The position numbers and the translations under genes were made by a program. Below the pieces are notes generated by a model. The model was not told the DNA's origin. It did not search any database and worked only from the letters and a program-made list of their open reading frames with translations. Positions 11,401 to 20,941 of a DNA stretch of 64,000 nucleotides are shown here, in pieces. This DNA comes from Candidatus Eiseniibacteriota bacterium (GTDB lineage: Bacteria; Eisenbacteria; RBG-16-71-46; JABDJR01), in NCBI GenBank assembly GCA_963762255.1, contig CAVXKA010000001.1, positions 1,152,001 through 1,216,000 on the forward strand. The letters are read 5' to 3'. Positions within the stretch are counted from its first letter, which is position 1, and each line of letters starts with the position of its first letter.

Positions 11401-11604
11401 GATGGCGCTCTCCTTGGGCGAGGGCTCGGAGCTGCGCTCGCCGCTGGCCATCACGGTGGCGTTCGGGCTCGCTCGAGCACGCTCCTCACGCTGGTGGTCA
11501 TCCCGGCCGTGTACATGGCGGTACCCTCGCACGTCGCGGTCGAAGAGCCGGAGCCGCTGGCCCTTCCCGCGCGCGGCGCCGCCGCGGAGGGCCCGGCGTC
11601 ATGA
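8487..11604 (+). CDS. RND efflux permease (AcrB/MdtB-like), broken by about a dozen apparent frameshifts
   Basis: Successive frames give LALDLLPDISYP, APAEVENLVTRPVEE, GMLVDNSIVVLESI, ASTLTTVAVFLP, GIVVNNAIVLVD, RLRPILMTTLTTVLGLVP. Confidence 0.85.
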
Positions 11605-14600
11605 CCCTCCCCGAGATCGCGATTCGGCGGCCCATCACCACCCTCATGCTCCTCGTGAGCCTCGTGGTGCTGGGGATCGTCGCGATGTTCCGGTTGCCGC
11701 TGGGGTTCCTCCCCGAGGTGAATCGGCCGTACCTGTTCGTGCACGTGCCCTATCCCAACGCGACCCCCGAGCAGGTCGAGCGCACCATCGTCCGTCCGCT
11801 GGAGGAGGGCCTCGGTTCGGTCAAGGGCCTCCAGAACATGTGGTCCAACTGCGACCGCGAAGACGGGATGGTGCGGCTCGAGTTCGACTGGTCCCGCAAC
11901 ATGAACCTGGCCCGGGTCGAAGTGCAGGAGAAGGTGGATCGCCTGAAGCGCGATCTCCCCGAGGACATCGGCGACGTCACCGTGGGCTCGAGCTGGGACT
12001 CGCGTGAGGCCGACGAGACGATCCTGGAGGGACGTCTCTCCTCCAACCGCGATCTCAGCGAAAGCTACGATCTGCTCGATCGCAAAGTCGTGAAGCCGCT
12101 GGAGCGCGTTCCCGGCGTGGCGCTGGTGCGCATGGACGGGGTGAACCCCCGCGAGGTGCGCGTCAACCTGCGCGTGCAGGATCTGGAGTCGCATGCGATG
12201 GACATCCGCGAGGTCACGCGGATGCTGCGCGGCACGAATTTCGATCAGAGCCTGGGGAAACTGCGCGAGCCCTCGATGTCGTACACCCTGCGCACCGTGG
12301 GAACGTTCGGCTCGCTGGAAGAGATCCAGAACCTGGTGCTTCGCGGCGACGGTCTCCGCCTGCGCGACGTGGCCGACGTCGTCTACGAGGAGCCGCCGCT
12401 CGAGTACGGCCGTCACCTGGACGGCGAGTTCGCGGTCGGCATCATCGGTCAGCAAGGACGCGAGCGCCAACACGGTGGAAGTCTGCCGCCAGGTGCGCAA
12501 GCGCGTCGCGGAGATGGGCAAGGACCCGGAGCTGGAGGGGGTGAACTTCCTGGTCTGGTTCGTCAGGGCAAGGAGATCCAGAAGACGCTCCGCGACCTGG
12601 CGATGACCGGCGTCTTCGGCGCCCTCTTCGCAGCGCGGTGCTCTTCTTCTTCCTGCGGCGTCTCTCCATGACGCTGGTGTGCGTCCCTGTGCATCCCGTT
12701 CTCCCTGATCGTGACCTGCGGCTGGCGATCTGGGCTCAGGGCAAGACGCTCAACACGCTCTCGCTGCTCGGCCTCATCGTCGGCGTCGGGATGCTGGTGG
12801 ACAACGCGGTGGTGGTGATGGAGAACATCTTCCGCCACCGGGAAGAAGGGCTGGACCGCACCGAGGCCACCCGGGTCGGCGCGCGCGAGGTGGCGCTGGC
12901 TGTGACCGCCGCCACGCTGACCTCGGTCATCGTGTTCCTCCCGCGTCATCTTCAACAAGCCGAGCGAGATGAACATCTATCTCACGCGAGCTCGGCCTGA
13001 CCGTGTGCATGACGCTCCTGGCGTCGCTCTTCATCAGCCAGACCCTCATCCCGCTCGCCACCTCGCGGCTCATCCATACCCCGCCCAAACCCAAGGGCAA
13101 GCTCATGCGCAGGGCTGGAAGACCGCTACGTGAAGACCCTGCGCTTCAGCCTGCGCCATCGCTGGTTGACCCCGATCGTCGGGTTGGCGGTCACGGCTTC
13201 CGCCGTCTACCCCTTCATGAAGATCGACAAGAACTTCGACGCGACGGAAGCGGAGGCGTTCGTGCAGGTCCTCTACGAATTCAGCGAGGAGCTGAACCTC
13301 GACCGCAAGAAGGTGATCGTGGAGAAGGTCGAAGCGATTCTGGATCCGCACCGCGAGGATCTCTCGGCGAAGTCCATCTACAGTTTCTGGAGCAACGAAT
13401 GGGCCATGACGCGCATCTACATGGAGGAGGGCAAGGCCAACGAGAAGGTCATGAACCGCACGCGTGCGACGCTGCGCACGCTGCTTCCCGAGATCCCCGG
13501 GCTCAAGCTCGAGGTTCAGGACTCGGGCAACATGTGGCGGCAGGACCGCGGCAAGCGCATCGCGTTCCAGGTGGTGGGCGAGGACTCCGAGGTTCTCGCG
13601 CGCCTCGGCGAGGAGGCGAAGCAGCGGCTGTCGGAGATCCCCGGCCTCACCGAGGCGTTCACGAGCGCGGAAGCGGGGCGCCAGGAGCTCTACGTCGACC
13701 TCGACCGCGAGCTGGCCACGCGCTATGGAGTGCCTCTGAACCAGCCCGCGCAGGTCGTCGGGCTCACCTACCGCGGCCAGCGGCTGCCGCGCTATCGCAC
13801 GCCGGACGGCGAGCGCGAGATGCGTCTCACCCTCGACGAGACGGCGGACGAGAGCCTTTCCCAGCTCAGGAACCTCCCCCTGTGGACCACCGACGGAGAG
13901 AAGGTTCCGCTGGCGTCGCTGGCCAACTTCCGGGTGGTGCCGGGTCCGGATCGCATCCAGCGCCAGAATCGCGTGACCAGCATCTGGGTGGGTGCGCGCT
14001 ACGAAGAAGGAAACCGCCAGGACTACGTCCCGATGGTGACGGCGGCCCTGGAGGGCATGGACTTTCCCTACGGCTACACGTGGACCTTCTTCAACGTGGA
14101 GCAGCGGCGTCAGGAGCAATCGCGCGAGTTTCTCGTGAACCTCCTTCTCGCGTTGCTCCTCGTGTACGCCGTGATGGCGGGGCTCTTCGAGTCGGCGCGC
14201 CAGGCGCTGGCGCTCATGGTGGCGCTGCCGTTCGCGCTGGCCGGCGCCATCTGGACGCTCTTCTTCACCAAGACCGACTTCGACCAGCCCGCGGCGATCG
14301 GACTCCTGCTTCTGATCGGCATCGTGGTCAACAACGGCATCGTGATGATCGAGCACATCAACGGCTACCGCCGGGCCGGCATGCCCCGCGAGGAGGCGAT
14401 GGTGCGGGGCGGTCGCGAGCGCCTGCGCCCCATCCTCATGACCGCGATCACCACCCTCATGGGACTCACCCCCATCGTGGTGCAGCGCCCCGCTCTGGCC
14501 GGCGTGTACTACTACTCGATGGCGCTGGTCATCATGGGCGGGCTCGCCGTGTCGGCCTTCCTCACCTCGGTGCTCCTGCCGACGACGGCCTGTCTCTCCG

Positions 14601-14683
14601 AAGACATCTTCGCCTGGATGGGGCGGATGGCCCTGCGGGCAGTGCGATTCCGCCGTCGTCGCCCATTGCGTAATGCCGCTTGA
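11601..14683 (+). CDS. Second RND efflux permease, with several apparent frameshifts (about 12440-13110)
   Basis: AIRRPITT; ATPEQVERTIVRPLEE; GMLVDNAVVVMENI; GIVVNNGIVMIE; RLRPILMTAITT; ATGA overlap with the upstream permease. Confidence 0.85.
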
Positions 14684-14748
14684 GAAATAGTCTGTCTATG
14701 GCTACCCTCTGACCTGTCCACGTTCGAGCACACAGGAAGGAGGCACTG

Positions 14749-15645
14749 ATGCGAGGCTGGAAGTGGGTTGGGCTCCTTGCCGTGGCGGTGGCCGTGCTCT
14801 ATGGCACCCCCGCCAACGCGCAATTGGAGGACAACCTGGGCGCTTACACCGACGACACCGCCAAGGGTTATCTGAAGCCGCTGCAGGAAGCCTTTGGTCA
14901 GGCCCTCAACAGCAATTTCTTTACCACCGCCGCCATCCCCAGGACGGGCTTTCGCGCCCGGCTTGAAGTGCGGGCGATGTCGGTGATGTTCAAGGATGAG
15001 GACGACTTCTTCAAGGCGACCACCGGCGGGGACTTCACTCCGCCACAAGAGGTGGATGCTCCGACGGCGGTCGGGCCGGGCGAGTCGGTCGTCGTTACCG
15101 GTGCCGGCGGCACCGCGTACGTCTTCCCCGGCGGATTCGACCTGAAGTCCTTCACGCTCGGTGTGCCGCAGCTCACGATCGGTGGCGTGGCCGGCACCGA
15201 GGCCATGGTGCGATGGGTCGCGGTGGATCTTGGGGACAGCGATTTCGGCAAGCTGTCTCTGCTCGGTCTCGGCCTTCGGCACAGCCTCTCCCAGTACATG
15301 ATGACGCCGCCCCTCGACCTCGCTGTTGCGGGCTACTATCAGACGTTCTCCGTCGGTGATGACTTCATCGATTCGAAGGCGTACTCCCTGGGCCTGCAAG
15401 CCAGCAAGAGCTTCGGGATGCTCGTCCCATACGCCGGACTCGCCTACGACATGTCGTCCATGACCGTCCAGTACACCGCGACCAGCGGCGCCGAGGACCG
15501 GGAAGTGGAACTCGACATGGATTCCGACAGCACCATGCATCTCACGCTCGGTCTCGGGCTCCAACTCGGCGTTCTTCACCTCAACGCATCCGGAGAACTG
15601 GCCAAGCGGACCGGGTTCTCCGCAGGCGTGGGCTTCGGGTTTTAG
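14749..15645 (+). CDS. Outer-membrane beta-barrel protein (DUF6588-like)
   Basis: Signal peptide; AKGYLKPL..FGQALNS; PQLTIG..GTEAMVRW; GLGLRHSLSQY; C-terminal GFGF. Confidence 0.65.
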   Translation: MRGWKWVGLLAVAVAVLYGTPANAQLEDNLGAYTDDTAKGYLKPLQEAFGQALNSNFFTTAAIPRTGFRARLEVRAMSVMFKDEDDFFKATTGGDFTPPQEVDAPTAVGPGESVVVTGAGGTAYVFPGGFDLKSFTLGVPQLTIGGVAGTEAMVRWVAVDLGDSDFGKLSLLGLGLRHSLSQYMMTPPLDLAVAGYYQTFSVGDDFIDSKAYSLGLQASKSFGMLVPYAGLAYDMSSMTVQYTATSGAEDREVELDMDSDSTMHLTLGLGLQLGVLHLNASGELAKRTGFSAGVGFGF

Positions 15646-15654
15646 GAGGCAGCC

Positions 15655-16257
15655 ATGAAAACCAAACTATTGATCTTTCTTGCGCTCGCTGCGGCGATGG
15701 TGACCTTCACCGCCGAGAGCTGCTTCATCTCGACGAAAGAGGTCGAGGTGCCGGTGCGCGGCGAAGGGGACCTCGAGTTCCACGCCACGGGCACGTCCGA
15801 CTCGAGGCAGGAGACCATCGACTTCACGGCTCTCATGGAGGATCTGGAGAACGACTCCGACTTCGACAAGCTGGTCAGCGCCCACATCGAGAACGGCTAC
15901 TGGCGCGTGACCCGGAACTTGGGAAGTGCAAGCACGGTGATGAGCGGAAACCTCACCGTGCAGCGGGAAGGCTCGGCGGCCCCGGCGGTCGCGCTCATCG
16001 CATACACCAGCATCGACATCGCCGATGTGAGCGGCGACTTCGTCGTGGCGCCCCTCACCGCGGCCGGTGTGAGCCTCCTCAATGCCGGGTTCGACGAGTA
16101 CTTGCTGGCCAAGGCCAACGAGACGGCTCTTCCGAACCTCCGCTTCGTATTCACGTGGAACAGCTCGGCGACCCCCGCCCCGGTGGACTTCTACTGGGAG
16201 GGGAAGGTGAAGTTCACCATGGTGGGTCTCACCGTGGTGGACGTGCCGGAGCTCTAG
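15655..16257 (+). CDS. Hypothetical secreted protein or lipoprotein
   Basis: AGGAGG RBS, signal peptide with ESC, codon usage typical of the region. Confidence 0.7.
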   Translation: MKTKLLIFLALAAAMVTFTAESCFISTKEVEVPVRGEGDLEFHATGTSDSRQETIDFTALMEDLENDSDFDKLVSAHIENGYWRVTRNLGSASTVMSGNLTVQREGSAAPAVALIAYTSIDIADVSGDFVVAPLTAAGVSLLNAGFDEYLLAKANETALPNLRFVFTWNSSATPAPVDFYWEGKVKFTMVGLTVVDVPEL

Positions 16258-16283
16258 CTCCGGTTCAGTTCGACGCGTGCTTT

Positions 16284-16323
16284 GACGCCCCCGGGGCCCG
16301 CCAGCCTCGGGGGCGTCTTCTTC
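16284..16323 (+). terminator. Probable intrinsic terminator
   Basis: GACGCCCCCGGGGC-ccgcca-GCCTCGGGGGCGTC followed by TTCTTC. Confidence 0.55.
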
Positions 16324-16504
16324 CCTGCGATCGGCTGACGGGCGTCACAAGATATGACGCTCGCCGCACAAGGGTGTGACGACTCAAGTCTTGTTGCAGC
16401 AATCGGATATCTGCCATCAACAGGCGGACCTGTCACGATAGATGACGGATCTCCGTCGCAACCGGACACGAACCCGAACTCGCCGCAGGCGTAACCCACT
16501 AATA

Positions 16505-16518
16505 TGTAATCGATTACA
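16505..16518. promoter_or_regulatory. Perfect palindrome TGTAATCGATTACA, LacI-family-like operator candidate
   Basis: AT-rich 14-bp palindrome with a central CG, about 80 bp upstream of a carbohydrate-binding gene. Confidence 0.4.
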
Positions 16519-16596
16519 GCGCAGCGAATCCCCCGGCACGCGGATTGCTCGGTCGTCTTGTACCTCCACCCTCAGTCCCCCAAGATCGGGGGATCT

Positions 16597-18957
16597 ATGC
16601 GTTCCAAGTTCGCCCGCCTCGCGGTCCTGGTTTCGCTCGCCTCGGTACTTTCTTGCCTGGCGGCTCCCTCCGAAGCCGCATTCGATCCTGTCATCAATCC
16701 AAAGCTCGAGTCGGTGCGGTCGGCCGGCGAGATTCGCGTCGACGGCAAGCTGGATGAGGCGGCCTGGGGCGGCGCCGCCCGCGCCGCGAACTTCGTCGAG
16801 CGCTTTCCCGGCGATAACCTCGAGCCGGTGGTGCAGACCGAAGCCCTCGTGACCTACGACGACGAGAACTTCTACGTCGGCTTCATCTGCCGCGACGATC
16901 CCGAGCGGATCCGGGCCACCATGAGCCAGCGCGACCAGTACGGCAGCGACGACGAGGTGATCCTCTGTCTCGACACCTACGGCGAAGCTGCGTGGGCCTA
17001 CGAGCTCTGCGTCAACCCCTACGGGGTCCAGAAGGACATGCTCTGGACCAAGACGCACGGGGAGGACGCGGGGTTCGATCTCGTGTGGAACTCGGCGGCC
17101 CATGTCAACGACACCGGCTACACCGTGGAGATTGCCGTGCCCTTCGCGAGTTTGCGCTTTCCGAACCGGGACGTGCAGACCTGGCGCGTCGACTTCCAGC
17201 GCAACCATCCGCGCGAGTCCTACCGGGTCTTCTCCTGGTCGGCCAACACCCACGACGAACAGTGCTGGCCGTGCCAGTGGGGCACCGTGAACGGGATCTC
17301 GGGCGTGCGCTCGGGCAAGGGGCTCGAGATTCTCCCCTCGTTCGTCTCCACCCAGGCCGGAGAGATGGCCGGACTGCGCTCGATGTCCGCTTCGCGGATC
17401 AACCCGGACACCACGTTCGCGAACGGCGACGTGCTCGGGCAGGCGTCGATCGGCGCCAAGTACTCGGTCAACTCCGACGTCACCCTCGAAGGCACCTACA
17501 ACCCCGACTTCAGCCAGATCGAGGCCGATGCCGCCCAGGTTGACGTGAACACCACGATCTCGCTCATGTATCCCGAGAAGCGCCCGTTCTTCCAGGAGGG
17601 GAGCGACCTCTTCATCACCCCCTTCAACTCGTTCTACACCCGGATGGTGAACGATCCGAACATGGCGGCGAAGGCCACCGCGCGCTGGGGCAAGTTCAGC
17701 CTGGCCTACACGGCGGCGCATGACGAGCAATCGCCGTACTCGATCCCGGTCGAGGAGCGGGGGTGGACGCCGGTGATCGGCGGGAGCACCGTGAACGTCG
17801 TGCGCGGTCTCGGCAACGTCGGCAACGGCTCCACGATCGGCTTCCTCGCCTCGCAGCGCTCCTACGACCGTGGCGGCGCGGGGACGATCCTCTCCGCGGA
17901 CGGAGAGCTTCGCTTGAGCTCCAGCTACAGCGTCGTGGGCCAGGGGATCGTCAGCCACACGCGGGAGCCCGAGGGTTTCTCCGTGGACTCCACCGCCACC
18001 TTCGACAGCGGGAAATACACGGCGGATCTGGACGGGGAAACGTACTGGGGCACCGCATTCATCACCGAGTTCCGGCGCCGCTCGCGCCACTGGAACTTCA
18101 CGCTGGACTACAACCAGCTCACTCCCACCTACCGCACCCAGATCGGCTACGACCCCTGGAACGACCAGCGCAACGGCTTCTTCTTCACCACCTATCACTT
18201 CCGTCCCGCCACCGGGCTCTTCGAACGCATCTCGCCTCAGGTAGGCATCGACCGGCGCTGGAGCTTTAACGAAGGCGAGAACGGATTCATCCGCAAGTGG
18301 GCGCACGGCTATGCCAACCTCAGCGCGAACCTGCGGTGGGCGCAGACGCAGCTCGGCGTCGGCTATACCCGGGGGTCCGAACGCTGGTTCGGGGCGGAAT
18401 ATCGGGATCTCTGGTCGGTCCACGCCGAGGCCTACAGCCGGCCGCACGACAAGCTCGCGGTCAACCTGTCGACCGTCTGGGGCCGCAGCCCGGCGGTGTA
18501 CGCCGATGCCGTGGGCAAGGAGATGAACGTCGCCGCGGACCTGGAGATCAAGCCGATCGACCGGTTCGTCATCGAGCCGAGCTACAACTACTCCCGGAGC
18601 GCGCACTTCGACACGGACCGGGAACTCTTCAAGGAAGTGATCTGGCGCACCCGCTTCCGGTTCCAGGTGAACCCGCAGTTCTCGCTACGGCTGGTCGGGC
18701 AGTACGACGACTACGACGTGAACGTGGCGGTGGGCGCTCCCGAGTACTATCACGTGAGCGGCCGGACCTGGGAGTTCGATCCGCTCCTGACCTACCGCGT
18801 GAATTCCTTTTCGATGCTCTACTTCGGGTCCACCCATGATCTCAGCGATTTCGGCGTGCCCACCGACGGATTCAATTTGCCCCGTCAGACGCGCTCGATC
18901 TGGCGCCAGAGTCAGCGGCAGTTCTTCATCAAGCTGCAGTATTTGTTCCAGGTCTAG
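16597..18957 (+). CDS. CBM9-like sugar-binding domain plus DUF5916 outer-membrane protein
   Basis: IRVDGKLDEAAW, YTVEIAVPFASLRF, NPDFSQIEADA, YPEKRPFFQEG, C-terminal FFIKLQYLF. Confidence 0.8.
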   Translation: MRSKFARLAVLVSLASVLSCLAAPSEAAFDPVINPKLESVRSAGEIRVDGKLDEAAWGGAARAANFVERFPGDNLEPVVQTEALVTYDDENFYVGFICRDDPERIRATMSQRDQYGSDDEVILCLDTYGEAAWAYELCVNPYGVQKDMLWTKTHGEDAGFDLVWNSAAHVNDTGYTVEIAVPFASLRFPNRDVQTWRVDFQRNHPRESYRVFSWSANTHDEQCWPCQWGTVNGISGVRSGKGLEILPSFVSTQAGEMAGLRSMSASRINPDTTFANGDVLGQASIGAKYSVNSDVTLEGTYNPDFSQIEADAAQVDVNTTISLMYPEKRPFFQEGSDLFITPFNSFYTRMVNDPNMAAKATARWGKFSLAYTAAHDEQSPYSIPVEERGWTPVIGGSTVNVVRGLGNVGNGSTIGFLASQRSYDRGGAGTILSADGELRLSSSYSVVGQGIVSHTREPEGFSVDSTATFDSGKYTADLDGETYWGTAFITEFRRRSRHWNFTLDYNQLTPTYRTQIGYDPWNDQRNGFFFTTYHFRPATGLFERISPQVGIDRRWSFNEGENGFIRKWAHGYANLSANLRWAQTQLGVGYTRGSERWFGAEYRDLWSVHAEAYSRPHDKLAVNLSTVWGRSPAVYADAVGKEMNVAADLEIKPIDRFVIEPSYNYSRSAHFDTDRELFKEVIWRTRFRFQVNPQFSLRLVGQYDDYDVNVAVGAPEYYHVSGRTWEFDPLLTYRVNSFSMLYFGSTHDLSDFGVPTDGFNLPRQTRSIWRQSQRQFFIKLQYLFQV

Positions 18958-19003
18958 GGAGGCAGGGGAATCGGGGGTGGCGCCGCCGTTGCCGGCGCCG
19001 CCC

Positions 19004-20446
19004 CTATCCCTTCACCACCGCGATCGGCCGCAACCGCGCCACGACGACGCTCAAACCGGCCATGGCGACCGCGTCGACCACTTCGGCCACATCCTTGTAG
19101 GCCGCGGCCGTCTCCTCCTGCTGGGTACGCACGCTTGCCGCGCGCACCAGGATCCCCGCGCGCTCCATCTCGCGTTGGATCGAGCGACTTCGAGCCTGCT
19201 CCCGGGCCTTGGTGCGGGAGAGTCGCCGTCCCGCGCCGTGGCAGCTCGATCCGAAGGTGTGCTGCATCGCGCCCGGACGTCCCGCGAGCACGAAGCTGTA
19301 GCGCTCCATGTCGCCGGGAATGAGCACGGGCTGGCCGACGTCGCGATAGTCGGCGGGGACATCCCGATGCCCCGGCGGGAATGCGCGCGTGGCTCCCTTG
19401 CGGTGCACGCAGACCCGCCGCTTCGCGCCATCGATCTCGTGGGTCTCCAACTTGGCGATGTTGTGCGCCACCTCGTACACGGTACGCACTCCGAGCGACT
19501 CGATCCTGTCTCCCAGCGCGCGCGCCAGAGCCTGCACCGCTCGCGCGGCCAGGATCTGCCGGTTGGCGAAGGCGAAGTTCACCGCGGCGTTCATGGCCCC
19601 GAAGTACGCCTTCCCCTCCGGCGATGCCAGCGGCACGCAGCAGAGCTGCGGATCGGGGACGTGAATGTCGTAGCGGTGCATCGCCCCCTTCATGCGCTTC
19701 AAAGAATCCGTGCAGACCTGGTGGCCGAGGCCTCGGCTCCCGCTGTGGAGCAGGAGCGTCAATTGGCCCCGGGAGAGCCCGAAGGCCCGCGCGGCTTCGG
19801 GCTCGAGGATCTCATCCACCACGCCCAGTTCCAGAAAATGATTTCCCGATCCCAAGGTGCCGAGTTGGTCCTTCCCCCGGGCCATCGCCGTCTCGCTCAC
19901 CTCGCCCGGGTCGGCACCCTCGATGCAGCTTTGCTCCTCGACGTGTTCCAGATCGCGTGCCGTGCCGTAGCCGTGCTCGATCGCCCAACGGCCGCCGTGC
20001 AGCAGCACCTCGCGCATCTCCCGCGGACCCGCCTTGACGTCGCCGCCGCGTCCCAGGCCGCAGGGAATCTCGTTGAAGAGCACGTCGGCGATCTCGGCGA
20101 GGCGCGGCCGCACATCCTCCTCGCGCAACGAGAACGCCAGGAGCCGCACTCCACAATTGATGTCGTAGCCCACGCCGCCGGGGCTGATCACGCCCGTCTC
20201 CGGGTCGGTCGCGGCCACGCCCCCGATCGGAAAGCCGTAGCCCATGTGCATGTCGGGCATGGCCCACGCAGAGCCCACGATGCCTGGAAGCGTGGCCACG
20301 TTCTGAAGCTGGCGAAGCGATTGTTCGTCCTCGCGGATCTGCGGGAGTAAGTCGGGTGACGCCACAAGGCGGGCGGGGACACGGGCGTCGGGTCGGGCTT
20401 CCACCTCCCAAAGGCATTCCCCGACCGCGCGAATCTTGATCGCCAT
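19004..20446 (-). CDS. rtcB: RNA-splicing/repair ligase RtcB (archaeal/eukaryote-like clade)
   Basis: MPDMHMGYGFPIGGV, GGVGYDINCGVR, QLGTLGSGNHFLE, HSGSRGLGHQ, HNIAK, HRKGATRA, SSCHGAGR, AYKDVAEVV. Confidence 0.95.
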   Translation of the reverse strand: MAIKIRAVGECLWEVEARPDARVPARLVASPDLLPQIREDEQSLRQLQNVATLPGIVGSAWAMPDMHMGYGFPIGGVAATDPETGVISPGGVGYDINCGVRLLAFSLREEDVRPRLAEIADVLFNEIPCGLGRGGDVKAGPREMREVLLHGGRWAIEHGYGTARDLEHVEEQSCIEGADPGEVSETAMARGKDQLGTLGSGNHFLELGVVDEILEPEAARAFGLSRGQLTLLLHSGSRGLGHQVCTDSLKRMKGAMHRYDIHVPDPQLCCVPLASPEGKAYFGAMNAAVNFAFANRQILAARAVQALARALGDRIESLGVRTVYEVAHNIAKLETHEIDGAKRRVCVHRKGATRAFPPGHRDVPADYRDVGQPVLIPGDMERYSFVLAGRPGAMQHTFGSSCHGAGRRLSRTKAREQARSRSIQREMERAGILVRAASVRTQQEETAAAYKDVAEVVDAVAMAGLSVVVARLRPIAVVKG

Positions 20447-20460
20447 GGATCTCCCCCGAA

Positions 20461-20937
20461 TCAGATGTCGAGCAGCACGTAGGCCTCGTAACCTCTCTCG
20501 GTGCGGCGCACCGAGAGGTCGTGCCAGGTCACCGCCTTCACCTCGATCCGCAGTTCGTGGCGGGTGGGATCGATCGGCTCACCTTCCGCCCGTGCCCGGA
20601 GCAGAAACCTGCCCGCGGCGGCCATGTGCGGCTCGCCTGCGTCGGAAGCGTGCGCCGAGTCCTCGACGCGGACGTCGAAATCCCTGTAGAGCTCGCCGTG
20701 CACCTGGTGCAGCGTGTTGAGCGCTTCGAGCCAATCGTGCAGGAGTTCGTCGATCGTCTCGGCGCGCAGCGCGATGGCGCGCCCCCGCACGGTTTCGACG
20801 GAGTCCGCGCGGGCGATCACGTCGAAGAGCCCGCGGGCCATGGCGGCGAACAATTCGGAGAGATCGCGGCCCCAGCCCCGAATCGCGGCGTCGGCGGTGT
20901 GATCGACCGGCTCGAAGCCGAAAGGGGGGCGGTCCAC
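20461..20937 (-). CDS. Archease (RtcB activator)
   Basis: DHTADAAIRGWG..EVKAVTWHDL..AYVLLDI; GTG start at 20937; immediately upstream of rtcB. Confidence 0.9.
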   Translation of the reverse strand: MDRPPFGFEPVDHTADAAIRGWGRDLSELFAAMARGLFDVIARADSVETVRGRAIALRAETIDELLHDWLEALNTLHQVHGELYRDFDVRVEDSAHASDAGEPHMAAAGRFLLRARAEGEPIDPTRHELRIEVKAVTWHDLSVRRTERGYEAYVLLDI

Positions 20938-20941
20938 GCCT

